From Sedimentisphaerales bacterium (GTDB lineage: Bacteria > Planctomycetota > Phycisphaerae > Sedimentisphaerales > SM23-30): 64,000 nucleotides of DNA. Positions 1 to 9,720 of this stretch are shown in pieces. The position numbers and the translations under genes are program-made. Position 1 is the stretch's first letter. Each line of letters begins with the position of its first letter. The notes under the pieces are model-generated. The model was given only the letters and a program-made list of their open reading frames with translations, was not told the origin of the DNA and did no database searches. The stretch lies in assembly GCA_963666285.1 (NCBI GenBank), contig OY762711.1; one strand, written 5' to 3'.

Positions 1-1
1 A

Positions 2-571
2 ATCCGTAATAAGGGTTACGCAATCGGCATGACTAATTATCTCATTTATGCGCGGCGCAAAAGAAGGATCGACATTAAGAATAATAGTATCGAAACCATT
101 GGCCGCCTCATTGATTTGAGGTATCAAAGAGGCAGCCGTTCCTTCGGTTTCAGCGATGACAATCGGGTAATCAAAAGGATCACCGTTGAATACTTCAAGC
201 AGAGTAACCTCGTATTGATCGATACTGACCAACGCTACCCGTTCATCTCTCTGTGACTGATATTCGGCATAGTCATGCACCTTTGAGAAAGAATCTCTCA
301 AATGATAGGCCAGTACGATCTCACCCTGAAGGCTGTCATCCAGATCAAAGTCATAATCGCTGCGTCCTGTATTTTCACCGGCACCATCATTAAAATCTGC
401 CGAATAATCAGTAATATCATTCTGCACTGGCAATTCATTTCCAGACGAATTATCCGCTGGCGGAGTTCGCCTGTCAGAATTACCTTCTCTTTGTTTATCA
501 AGCTGCGAAAGGAACAGATGCGCTATGGATTCTATCCCTCTTTGTTTCTTTTTGTTATTATGCTCATCCAT
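2..571 (-). CDS. Hypothetical protein running off the window edge; degenerate MinD/FlhG/ParA-like C-terminal part
   Basis: Not in the ORF track. Manual translation from ATG at 571 is open to the edge: MDEHNNKKKQRGIESIAHLFLSQLDKQRE...FDTIILNVDPSFAPRINEIISHADCVTLITD. The last segment resembles the Walker B/AD-x-V region of MinD-family ATPases; no Walker A visible. Confidence 0.75.
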   Translation of the reverse strand, partial: MDEHNNKKKQRGIESIAHLFLSQLDKQREGNSDRRTPPADNSSGNELPVQNDITDYSADFNDGAGENTGRSDYDFDLDDSLQGEIVLAYHLRDSFSKVHDYAEYQSQRDERVALVSIDQYEVTLLEVFNGDPFDYPIVIAETEGTAASLIPQINEAANGFDTIILNVDPSFAPRINEIISHADCVTLITD

Positions 572-770
572 GGTTCGCCCCTCAGGTAATATAATACCGT
601 TCAAAATGTACTCCAAACATTTTGACAGAACACTCAATGCCTTATATTTAAATGCAGACAAACCCTCAAACCGTCAGAACTATCCTGACAATTTAAGGGG
701 ACATATTATCACATCTAATTTTATTATATTTTAATAGAAAATAAACAGCAATAAAAATGCATGCCAATCT

Positions 771-799
771 TCATCGGCCACAGCACTATTATAACGTAA
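771..799 (-). promoter_or_regulatory. Putative sigma28/FliA-WhiG-type promoter
   Basis: TTACG-N16-GCCGATGA on the minus strand, about 200 bp upstream of the ATG at 571. Confidence 0.5.
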
Positions 800-828
800 G
801 ATATTTATTATCCAATAATTTACGTAAA

Positions 829-2055
829 TTAAACAAGCTCAACAAGAGAGTTTAGTTCACCAAATTCATTTTCAACTACTTTACCATTATGCGGATCCTG
901 CTGCCAACGACCGTCAACAACGTATCTGTACTGATAGCAACCGGAATCAAGATTCATCCGTGTAAACCAGCGACCGTTTTCAGACTTTTCCAAAGGCGTC
1001 TCTTCAGGATTCCAGCCATTAAACTCACCTGCAATTGCCACACTTTGAGCATGGGGATACATAGCAACAAAAGTAACCTGATCACCATCCTGTTTTACGC
1101 CATAGAAATCAGCTATCTTCTGCTCAATACTCTTAGGCAATTTTGGCTCGAATTTATTAGCAGATTCAGATGGAGCAGCTCCAATAAGTTCTTTTGATTC
1201 AACTAAAAGCTCATTTGCAGACTTGCTGATTTCCTTGAGTTGTTTTTCAACAGTCTCAACGCTTTTAGCATAGTTATCCTTCTGCAAACCGCCTGCTTCT
1301 ACTACTTCATTTGCCAATGCAACAAAGTCTTTCATCCCTTTACTGCTAGGATCGTACTCCGTAATAGGTTGGCCAAAACTTGCAGCTTCTTTCAGCTTTG
1401 TATTGAAGTTAATAATAGTCTTGAACATTAAATCAGAATAGTTTCTGCGGAGCTCATTGAGTATTTCACGAGCAAGCTTAGTACGCACATCGTACATACT
1501 GCCAAGAACTTTCACCTGGATATCCTGTTTACACTGCTTCTTTAGAACATCAAGGGTTTCAAGCTGCTTTTGCAAACCATGCATAGCAAAATACCCGGTT
1601 TCAACAGGAATAATAACTTCATCACTGGCTCGCAAAGCATTAAAAGTGAGAATACCTACGCCAGGAGGACAATCAATAATAATGTAGTCATACCCCTGGG
1701 CGTCGCGTTCAAAAATACTCTTAAGCAGGTTTTCTCTGCCTTCCATTTCGGTAAGCTGAGGCTCTAATGCCGCCAGTTCAATTCCGGCCGGTGCCAGGTC
1801 AAAATTCTGAGCAATCTGCCAGTTAATATTTTTTAGAGTAACCGGTTTATCAGAATTCGCAGATATAAGCACGTCATAAATATTCTGCTCAACCTGATCT
1901 TCCGGAACAGCCAGACCAACAGCGCAATGAGTCTGAGGGTCCATGTCAATAAGCAGAGTTTTGTGCCCCAATGAAGCCAGACATGCTGCCAGATTCATTG
2001 AGATAGTTGTCTTACCACATCCACCTTTTTGATTGATTACAGAAATACAACGCAT
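829..2055 (-). CDS. parA: ParA/Soj-family ATPase fused to a C-terminal glycogen-binding (CBM48/AMPK-beta-like) domain
   Basis: Deviant Walker A QKGGCGKTT, IDMDPQ, Walker B IIIDCPP, Soj-like MYDVRTKL and KLKEAASFG. C-terminus AGEFNGW...YQYRYVVDGRW...NEFGELNS is typical of CBM48. Confidence 0.9.
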   Translation of the reverse strand: MRCISVINQKGGCGKTTISMNLAACLASLGHKTLLIDMDPQTHCAVGLAVPEDQVEQNIYDVLISANSDKPVTLKNINWQIAQNFDLAPAGIELAALEPQLTEMEGRENLLKSIFERDAQGYDYIIIDCPPGVGILTFNALRASDEVIIPVETGYFAMHGLQKQLETLDVLKKQCKQDIQVKVLGSMYDVRTKLAREILNELRRNYSDLMFKTIINFNTKLKEAASFGQPITEYDPSSKGMKDFVALANEVVEAGGLQKDNYAKSVETVEKQLKEISKSANELLVESKELIGAAPSESANKFEPKLPKSIEQKIADFYGVKQDGDQVTFVAMYPHAQSVAIAGEFNGWNPEETPLEKSENGRWFTRMNLDSGCYQYRYVVDGRWQQDPHNGKVVENEFGELNSLVELV

Positions 2056-2428
2056 AAAGTCACCTCTCTATTAGCTCGGAGGTCCAATAGATTATATAAA
2101 ACAGTATAATCCACTTACATTACATTAAAAACACTGTCACTACTTCTCAAAGCAATAACGCAAAGAGACACAGTTAAAAATGAATGGAAATCGACCTGAA
2201 AGAAATGAAGCAATAGATATACCTCGGCCAAATACTGAATCAGATATATCCTCATATCTAAAGCAGTAACAGGGAGGTTATAAGATATTGCTATTCCCTT
2301 ATCCATGGGAAACAAATCAATCCATTTATCTTACTGTACTAACAAAGCTCCGCCTCGCACAGCACAGTCAGCCCCAAATTTCTGGCTGATACTTGTACCA
2401 GCACCAGTTTAAGGCTTTTCATTCGAAT

Positions 2429-2457
2429 CTATCGGCGAGGCTTTTCAGAAAACTTTA
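2429..2457 (-). promoter_or_regulatory. Putative sigma28/FliA-WhiG-type promoter of parA-CBM48
   Basis: TAAAG-N16-GCCGATAG, near consensus, about 370 bp upstream of the start codon. Confidence 0.6.
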
Positions 2458-2555
2458 CTAATTTAACACTTTTTTTTAAAAAAGTGCTATTTACAATACT
2501 GAAAACTAATATCAACAGAACAATAGCTCATGAGAATGGTAAAACCAACCCGGCT

Positions 2556-3230
2556 CTACCACTTAACAAGCCAATCTAAATCAGAGTCTGTATGAATATC
2601 AAGGAAGTATACATCACTAGCCTCAGACTTTTTCAAGCGTAATTTGCACTTTCCTGCACTTGTATGCTCATAGTCGAAACCATTATCAGTGCTAATATCA
2701 GGGATATCCCTGGGTAAAGCCTGAAGTTTTGTAATTCCAATTCCAAATACCATTGAAGCCATATCAATAAAATTTTTGGTCTCCGAATCATTGGCAAAGG
2801 CATTTCCATCCTGCATCATAGCATCATGGAAATGACGAAGGATGGCCATATTTTTAGCATCCTCTGATTCATAAGGCTTTATAAGAACATCAGGAGCCAC
2901 CTTGGCGGAAATAATAACTCTAATTTCAACATTAGTCAGTGATTTCACTCTACTTATGTAATCATAACGAGTTACAGCAGCTCCATTTGGCTGAAGAACC
3001 GCAATTGCCACTTCTCTGTCAAACTTTCCTGATTTATTCAACACAGAAATACGATCGGTAGTCTGAAGTACCTTTTCGCCGGAAAACATATCTAAAAGCT
3101 GGTCACCAGTAGTTTCACCAATGATAACGCCGCTAAATTTACTCTCAACTGCCAAAGGTTTGCCGGATTGACACCCAGTAATTACAACAGTTATTAAAAC
3201 AAGCAGGCAAATTTTTATAGCTTTAGTCAT
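2556..3230 (-). CDS. Hypothetical lipoprotein
   Basis: 224 aa ORF, signal peptide with lipobox ITGC, SD-like GGAG upstream. Confidence 0.75.
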   Translation of the reverse strand: MTKAIKICLLVLITVVITGCQSGKPLAVESKFSGVIIGETTGDQLLDMFSGEKVLQTTDRISVLNKSGKFDREVAIAVLQPNGAAVTRYDYISRVKSLTNVEIRVIISAKVAPDVLIKPYESEDAKNMAILRHFHDAMMQDGNAFANDSETKNFIDMASMVFGIGITKLQALPRDIPDISTDNGFDYEHTSAGKCKLRLKKSEASDVYFLDIHTDSDLDWLVKW

Positions 3231-3493
3231 GTTTTACTCCTGACTGGTAATGTATCTTTCTTATTATTATAAAGTTATAAATATTAATACCTTAGTTTAT
3301 CAGATAATTCAAGAGCATAAATTAGCAAAAAACGGAAAAAAAGCAAGTTTTCTTTCCTAAGTTATTAAATAATAATAATTTCTGTCAAATAATACAGTTC
3401 AGGATCCCATTATCCAGAAAATTCATAGACTTTTATTAATTATTTGTTAGCATATAATTACAAATCATTAGTGGAAATGAGTTTTTCGCTGGT

Positions 3494-3566
3494 GCCAACT
3501 TAGCTCAGTTGGTAGAGCACGGCTTTCGTAAAGCCGCGGTCGCGGGTTCGACTCCCGCAGTTGGCT
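3494..3566 (+). tRNA. tRNA-Thr (CGT)
   Basis: Acceptor stem GCCAACT/AGTTGGC, D arm GCTC-AGTTGGTA-GAGC, anticodon arm CGGCT-TTCGTAA-AGCCG, T loop TTCGACT; CCA not encoded. Confidence 0.97.
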
Positions 3567-3631
3567 ATCATTTTTATCTTTCTTCGGGTTAAATAAAGTA
3601 CAATCGGAATTAATATTGAAAGATCTTGGCA

Positions 3632-4372
3632 ATGTTCAGAGGAATCAAACACAAAAATATCGGATTTACACTCATAGAACTGCTGGTAGTAATATCTATT
3701 ATTGCGTTATTAGTTTCAATATTAATGCCTGCCCTGGCAAAAAGCAGAGAGCAGGCACGCGGAGTAGTATGTAAAACTCACCTTCGTTCTATTGGCCTAG
3801 GTATTAGCATGTATTCCGAGGATAATGACGGCCGATCATTTGATGCCCAAAATACCAACAGTTTTTTCTGGAAAGATTCAAATGGAGACTATCTGGATCC
3901 GAAAGAAGATGACGCATACTGGGGACTAGGTTACCTGAAATACATTGAAGAACCTGATATTTTTGAATGCCCCAGTTTTCTGCGAGTTTCAAAGTTGATT
4001 TACTCTGTAGACCCTGAACTGATCCAGCAAGCAGCATTCAGCCTGAATTCAAACTTCAGTAATAAAAAAATCGGCCAAATCCGCCAGCACTCATCATTTA
4101 TTATCGCTCACGACCATGTTGAACCAAAAATTGAAAACGGCAGCAAAGATATGTTCTATAACAATGGTTCCGGAACTAAAAACCTGACAGATTACCGTAA
4201 AGGAGGGTTCAGGTCAGATTTTTACAGAGGAATTTTTCGTCATAACATAAATAAAAATAAAGAATTTGAAACTGGCGGAAGAGCTAATATACTATGGCTT
4301 GATAATCATGTAGATCATCTTAACGAAACTACTGGAGATGATGTTATGAAGAAATGGTATACCGGCAAATAA
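3632..4372 (+). CDS. Prepilin-type N-terminal cleavage/methylation domain protein (planctomycete DUF1559-like)
   Basis: [34 protein letters not shown] and C-terminal RH...[10 protein letters not shown] (H-X9-DG-like); ATG at 3632 preferred over TTG at 3626. Confidence 0.88.
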   Translation: MFRGIKHKNIGFTLIELLVVISIIALLVSILMPALAKSREQARGVVCKTHLRSIGLGISMYSEDNDGRSFDAQNTNSFFWKDSNGDYLDPKEDDAYWGLGYLKYIEEPDIFECPSFLRVSKLIYSVDPELIQQAAFSLNSNFSNKKIGQIRQHSSFIIAHDHVEPKIENGSKDMFYNNGSGTKNLTDYRKGGFRSDFYRGIFRHNINKNKEFETGGRANILWLDNHVDHLNETTGDDVMKKWYTGK

Positions 4373-4551
4373 ATCACACACATAATGATTAGAGCTTACT
4401 ACGCCCCGTTTATACTTTCTGCAACTTCGTCTGGCATTTCATAATTTTTTGAATATGAAGAATTTCTATTCCAAAATAGATGTGCCAATACACTTCATTC
4501 TGAAATTCTTATCTTTCGACAATAATGAGTTGCAAAAGAAAAACTAAGAAC

Positions 4552-5010
4552 CTATTGGGACGGTGGCATCGGACGCCCCTTAAGCTGTGCAACAATATCA
4601 CGGGCTGAGTCAAGTTTAACAGCCAATCTCTTCAATACTCTTTCAGCAATACAACCTTTTTCACGTAAAATTGCTAACACAAGGTATTCAGTACCAACTT
4701 TGCGGTCATTAAATAATTCAGCTTCTTCCAAGGCATATGAGATTACTTTTTTGAAATGCGGTGTACCTGGCAGGCGACCCAGTACCCAGGATTCCTCCAT
4801 GCTTTTTCTGGCAAATTCATGGACCATACTTTCTGCAAGAGGAAAAGTAACACCAAACCTATCCAAAACCTGGGCCCCCAAACCCATTCCATACTCAAGA
4901 ATACCAAGCAAAACATGCTCGGTACCAATATATTCCTGGTTTTGCTGTCTGGCTTTCTGGGCGGCCAGTTTAAGAACAACCTTTGATGACTCTGAAAGAT
5001 GCTGGTACAT
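4552..5010 (-). CDS. Stand-alone Clp N-terminal domain protein (two Clp repeats, no AAA+ module)
   Basis: YIGTEHVLLGIL and KVGTEYLVLAIL repeats; ORF ends after 152 aa. Confidence 0.85.
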   Translation of the reverse strand: MYQHLSESSKVVLKLAAQKARQQNQEYIGTEHVLLGILEYGMGLGAQVLDRFGVTFPLAESMVHEFARKSMEESWVLGRLPGTPHFKKVISYALEEAELFNDRKVGTEYLVLAILREKGCIAERVLKRLAVKLDSARDIVAQLKGRPMPPSQ

Positions 5011-5211
5011 AATAAAACTTTTAAACTTAATATTGAAATTTATCTCTACTGTATTACCAATCGGTAAATATTAGTAAATGATATTAAAAAAATATAAACA
5101 TTATGTTAAAACAGCAAAAAATATACTAACCAGAATGTTAAAAAGAACCAGACAAACAGCCTCTGGGTATCAGGGAAATCTATTATTGCCTGAATGTTTA
5201 CCAGATTATGA

Positions 5212-6927
5212 TCAAGCTAATGCCTGTTTGATTTCGGTGAGTAATTGCTCAACTTTGAATGGCTTATATAAAACAGCACTTAAACCTTCACGATTCGCCC
5301 TGACAATTGAATGATTTGGGTCATAACCAAAACCTGTCATTAGAATCACAGAAGTTGCATCATTCTTTTCTTTAGCAGAAGCAAATACATCATAACCGGA
5401 TGCGCCAGGCATCTTAATATCGGAAATAACCAGATCGTAATTATTCTGACCGATAAGGGTAATAGCTTCACTGCCATTAGCAGCGATATCAACAATACTA
5501 CCTTGATCTGTCAAAACACTAGCAATAGTTTCACGAATAAATATTTCATCATCTACAACAAGAACACGCTTATTCCATAGTTCTTCAGCCTTGATATTTT
5601 CAGCACCTTTAATATCGAAAATACCTCTCGGCCCAGATTGCACATCTTTAACTGCGGTTTTGATCTCAACTGCACAATCAACCACACCCTGAAGTTTATG
5701 GCGAAGGTCGTCATGACCAATATATTCCTCGAGAAGACTAGACACCTCGGTAATAATTTTGTTAACAGGCTTGGAAATCGAAATATTGAGAGTATCAGCA
5801 GTCTGACCGGTAGTATGATGTCTTTCAACTACCATAAGGTCAAGAATATTAATAGCAATAGCTATATAACGGGCAAAGATCTCTGCCATTTGACGAGACT
5901 CTTCGGTAAGAACATTTGAATGATGGCTTTCTACATTAAATGTGCCAATGATTTTATCATGCAACCTAAGAGGAACAGTAAGAGAAGACTCGCCGCCATC
6001 AAGCCCAGATAGATAATGAGGGTCTGTTTCAGGATGATTGCACAGATAGCTGCGGCCGGTTGCAGCAACATATCCGGTTATACCGTTATTTTCCGAACTG
6101 GCAAATATCTCCTGACAGGAATCGCCGGGAAGTCCCTGGCTAAAAAGTACTTCAAGCTTATTGCTTTCAGGATGAAGTAATCTGATACAAAAATGATCAA
6201 AGTAAAGCAGATCTTTTGCATATTTTACTATTTTATTCTCAAGCAGACTAATACGCTGCTCAACATTCATGTTTGAAAAATTCTCTGCTTCCAACCTGAC
6301 AAGTTCATGACCGGCTTTGTCAATAGCATTGATGCGCATCTGCAGTTTTCTACCGGCAGTTGCATCAATCACGACAGTTGTTGTCTGAATAAGCTTTCCG
6401 GCTTCATCTAAAACCGGGGCAGCAGACATTTCATAATAACTTCCGGTCATGTCGTCGAAAAAAGAATATTTTCTTTTTCGCTTGCTAATGGTCAGCAAAT
6501 CTTCTTTGGAGGCAGCGGCAAGCTCTTTATCATAAAACTCAAATATTTTTTTGTTATGATTCGAGATCGCATTTTTTACAGCATTAGTTAAATCATTAAC
6601 TTTCTGATTCGCCCAAAGGATAGTGCCATCCCGATTTGTAACACATACACCTTCGCCGATATTGTTTAACAATTCTTCAGCCTGACGGCTTAATAGTAAA
6701 TTCTCCAGCATGGAACAGCCCTGAGGAGAAATAACAACCGCTTCAAACTCGCCTTCATTTACCGCTTTAATCAGTTCATTAAAAGAACCAACGTATGTAC
6801 AATTCCAGTCAGAAATATTACTAATAAATGCCGGTAAAGACCCATTCTCATTTTGAGATTCGGAGTTATGATCAAGAATGATGATATTCTTTCCCTTTGC
6901 TTCTGATTTATATGCTTCGCTCATCAA
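5212..6927 (-). CDS. PAS-GAF-receiver domain response regulator
   Basis: PAS (NIGEGVCVTNRDGTILWAN), GAF (GITGYVAATG...SLTVPLRLHDKIIGTFNVES), C-terminal REC (VLVVDDE, DIKMP, MTGFG, KPF). Confidence 0.88.
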   Translation of the reverse strand: MMSEAYKSEAKGKNIIILDHNSESQNENGSLPAFISNISDWNCTYVGSFNELIKAVNEGEFEAVVISPQGCSMLENLLLSRQAEELLNNIGEGVCVTNRDGTILWANQKVNDLTNAVKNAISNHNKKIFEFYDKELAAASKEDLLTISKRKRKYSFFDDMTGSYYEMSAAPVLDEAGKLIQTTTVVIDATAGRKLQMRINAIDKAGHELVRLEAENFSNMNVEQRISLLENKIVKYAKDLLYFDHFCIRLLHPESNKLEVLFSQGLPGDSCQEIFASSENNGITGYVAATGRSYLCNHPETDPHYLSGLDGGESSLTVPLRLHDKIIGTFNVESHHSNVLTEESRQMAEIFARYIAIAINILDLMVVERHHTTGQTADTLNISISKPVNKIITEVSSLLEEYIGHDDLRHKLQGVVDCAVEIKTAVKDVQSGPRGIFDIKGAENIKAEELWNKRVLVVDDEIFIRETIASVLTDQGSIVDIAANGSEAITLIGQNNYDLVISDIKMPGASGYDVFASAKEKNDATSVILMTGFGYDPNHSIVRANREGLSAVLYKPFKVEQLLTEIKQALA

Positions 6928-7090
6928 AAAACCTCTAATAAACAGGTTTGGAATTTAAAGTATTAAGAGCCGAGCTGGCAAAATGAGCAATCAGGCATAT
7001 TCTTTCTCGAACTGCTATATCTCTTTACAGCAGCAAAAAATGCAGCCAGGCTGACTTTACCTTCGCCACTATTATCTTTTCCCCACTATA

Positions 7091-7119
7091 GTTATACAAA
7101 AAAACAAAAAAAATGTCAA
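7091..7119 (-). promoter_or_regulatory. Putative sigma70 promoter
   Basis: TTGACA-N17-TATAAC upstream of the response regulator gene. Confidence 0.65.
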
Positions 7120-7178
7120 ACTTATTCACAAGTTCGACATTTTTTTTCAAAAGTTATTTACGACTTGCATTCAGGTTA

Positions 7179-8282
7179 TCACTCCTGAGACCAACTATTT
7201 TTAGGATGAGCGTTATCATAAACTTCCTTCATCCTGCTAGTTGTAAGATGAGTGTAAATCTGAGTTGTGCTAAGCGACCTGTGTCCAAGTAGTTCCTGAA
7301 CCACTCTCAGGTCAGCACCATTGTTAAGCATGTGGGTCGCAAAACTGTGCCGGAGGGTGTGAGGGCTGATTCGTGGGTCAAGACCAGCTTGACGCAGGTA
7401 CTTGTCCAATTTTCGGCGAACAGAACGAGTACTCAGCCTTTGTCCATGTTTATTTATCAGTAGAGCTTGAGGATCGAAGCTGCTTTTACGGGGATCGGCG
7501 TCCCTAAAAGTAAGATATCTTTGAATCGCCTGTAGAGCCGAAGGTCCAATCGGGGCAATTCTTTCTTTCTTACCTTTACCACGTAGATGCAAAACTTCCC
7601 CTAGGAAATCGACATCTGTCAGATTCAATGAAACCAACTCACTTACACGTAATCCACTACTGTAAAGTGTTTCCAAAATTGCTCTGTCACGAGCACCCAA
7701 GAGGGTATTTGTGTCCGGGCAACTAAGTAGTTTCTGAATCTGCTCCGGTTCAAGGCACCTAGGCAATCTTTTTTCCTGCCTTGGTGTACGAATAGCACTT
7801 ACGGGACTTGTCTCTACATATCCACGGCGAGAGAGGTACTTATAAAAGCTCCTCAATGTGGCCAGTTTTCTTGCCGAAGATGTTTTCGAGTAATTCTTTT
7901 CACTAAGATGAGCTAAAAACGTCCTGATAGTATTTACGTTCATCTCTAGCAAAACATTTGTCATTCCCGAGCCGCCTTCAGCATAAACTGAAGAGTCGGC
8001 ATAAGAAGCACCATCCGCCTGGGCCTGATCCTGCCAGGTATGAGGATTATCATTAAGATAATCAACAAACTGTCTTAGATCGGCACTATAACACTTGACC
8101 GTATGTGCTGAAAAATGACGCTCATACTGCAAATACTCCAGGAACTCCCTGATTGGGGCAATCCCCAGAATTTTGTCCTGAACCGGCAGCGTACTTACAT
8201 CCGATGTACTCCGCTCACCAGCTCCGGCTTGAAAGCCCAATTCGGGACTTTCGAATTTATTATCTAACTTATTTTCCAGCAT
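7179..8282 (-). CDS. xerC: Tyrosine recombinase XerC
   Basis: SAHTVKCYSADL, RKLATLRSFYKYL, RDRAILETLYSSGLRVSEL, GKGKKER, SPHTLRHSFATH, LLGH..LSTTQIYTH (full catalytic set); start uncertain (ATG 8282 or TTG 8309). Confidence 0.88.
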   Translation of the reverse strand: MLENKLDNKFESPELGFQAGAGERSTSDVSTLPVQDKILGIAPIREFLEYLQYERHFSAHTVKCYSADLRQFVDYLNDNPHTWQDQAQADGASYADSSVYAEGGSGMTNVLLEMNVNTIRTFLAHLSEKNYSKTSSARKLATLRSFYKYLSRRGYVETSPVSAIRTPRQEKRLPRCLEPEQIQKLLSCPDTNTLLGARDRAILETLYSSGLRVSELVSLNLTDVDFLGEVLHLRGKGKKERIAPIGPSALQAIQRYLTFRDADPRKSSFDPQALLINKHGQRLSTRSVRRKLDKYLRQAGLDPRISPHTLRHSFATHMLNNGADLRVVQELLGHRSLSTTQIYTHLTTSRMKEVYDNAHPKNSWSQE

Positions 8283-8501
8283 AACAAGACTCTCACGGCG
8301 AAAATCCAATACTTATCGTAGCTCTTGCGTTCAGCGTCCTTACACAATCAAATCGCGGGTCACACGATCAAAAAGTTTTACGCAATAGCTTCAACTCCAT
8401 GACAAAGCCGTCCAATCAGGCATAAGAAACTCCGTTGTCTTATACCTACTCTGTCAACACTATATAATAACCCGGCCCACGCCAGGTCCGTTAAATGGAA
8501 C

Positions 8502-8780
8502 CTACAGTTCCTGTTCCCAGAAGAAATCACCTTCCTTGAGCGTCCTGTCGGCTTTCTTCTGTGGACACAATATTTTGTCCGCCTCCTCGACCAGATTCTT
8601 ACTTAACTGAAAACTTAGAACTGCTGCATCAAACCAGTCAAAATTTCTTTCATCATCGTTTGCCAGTTCAACAAAAGTATCCAGAAGCTGCTCTTCACTA
8701 CCTTTTTCATAGCGAAAAACAAAATGGTCCGATTCTTTCTGAATCGTTAATACTCTTCTTCCTGTATGTTCCTTTTCCAT
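8502..8780 (-). CDS. Small hypothetical protein
   Basis: 92 aa, tightly coupled to the upstream gene; motif FVFRY...FDWFDAAVLS recalls a planctomycete-conserved small protein (from memory). Confidence 0.75.
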   Translation of the reverse strand: MEKEHTGRRVLTIQKESDHFVFRYEKGSEEQLLDTFVELANDDERNFDWFDAAVLSFQLSKNLVEEADKILCPQKKADRTLKEGDFFWEQEL

Positions 8781-8788
8781 CGCGAATC

Positions 8789-9526
8789 CTACTCATAAAT
8801 AAGACCGGTCCTTACAGAGTAATCATATAATAGTCTTCCTATTACCTGGTGTGATACAAATCTCATGTACCCTGTGCTGGTCTTGACTTTTTCGGCACCC
8901 AAAGGTGAATCCTCCATCTTTTGGGCTGCGTATTCTTCTATTTGCCGAATGATGTCCTTATCAGCGGCATCAAAAACGTCATTAACCTGAACAACCGGTG
9001 CCAGTATCGGTCCAGAGCTTATTTCAAACGGAGTCGCCTTTCGCGATAGCTCACCCGGATCAAACTCGCCACTATCTGACATTTCCGTTTCACCTGGGCG
9101 GCGCTGCTCATATATCTGAACAACAATACCAATCAACGGTGGAGGATACGGCTGATACCTGGTCACAGAACCTACAAACAATGCATCGGCTCCAAGCTCA
9201 TCAGCTATTGCCGCAAGGTCATCCGTATCCTTTATTTTACTAATTCCAAGCTTATGCTGAGCGGCAAGTACATGATTAACTGACAATACCTGAATATTGT
9301 CCTGTACAGAAGCCAGCTCTGTATAAAACTCATCAGTCATTGTAATCGTACTAAAGTGCTCAGAACCTGAATCATTTTTGAACGGAACCACCGCAACAGT
9401 CCATACACCGGGTCGAAATGGATTGGAAAATCGCATTTTTTCCTTTGTTTCAGGACTGATACAGCCAGTCAAAAAAAACATCAGCAAAATAAGTCCGATA
9501 CTTGCTCTATTCACTTTTTTTATCAC
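8789..9526 (-). CDS. Hypothetical lipoprotein (CsgG/LpoB-like alpha/beta fold possible)
   Basis: Lipobox LTGC; VAVVPFKNDSG and LGADALFVGSVTRY motifs. Confidence 0.7.
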   Translation of the reverse strand: MIKKVNRASIGLILLMFFLTGCISPETKEKMRFSNPFRPGVWTVAVVPFKNDSGSEHFSTITMTDEFYTELASVQDNIQVLSVNHVLAAQHKLGISKIKDTDDLAAIADELGADALFVGSVTRYQPYPPPLIGIVVQIYEQRRPGETEMSDSGEFDPGELSRKATPFEISSGPILAPVVQVNDVFDAADKDIIRQIEEYAAQKMEDSPLGAEKVKTSTGYMRFVSHQVIGRLLYDYSVRTGLIYE

Positions 9527-9720
9527 ATGAGCTCCACTTTCAGGACTTGCGTCCCATAATGCGACAACTCATCTTGACACTAATTACTAAGTGCCTGTCT
9601 CCGGAAGAACTTATAAAAGCCTGTTCTCATAAAGGTTTCATTGCAATAAATCCAATTTTTGCAATGCAACATTTTGTTCGTATGCCCTGTAAGCGTCCAA
9701 ATAAATCAGGGCAAAGACGC

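Noticed and set aside
5084..5111. dif-like site (TTATGTTAAAA arm) near xerC
   Set aside because: Only one arm matches; the other is an A run, which is expected by chance in AT-rich DNA.
3494..8309. tRNA-Thr plus tyrosine recombinase as an integrated element
   Set aside because: The recombinase looks like housekeeping XerC and I found no duplicated tRNA 3' end in the window.
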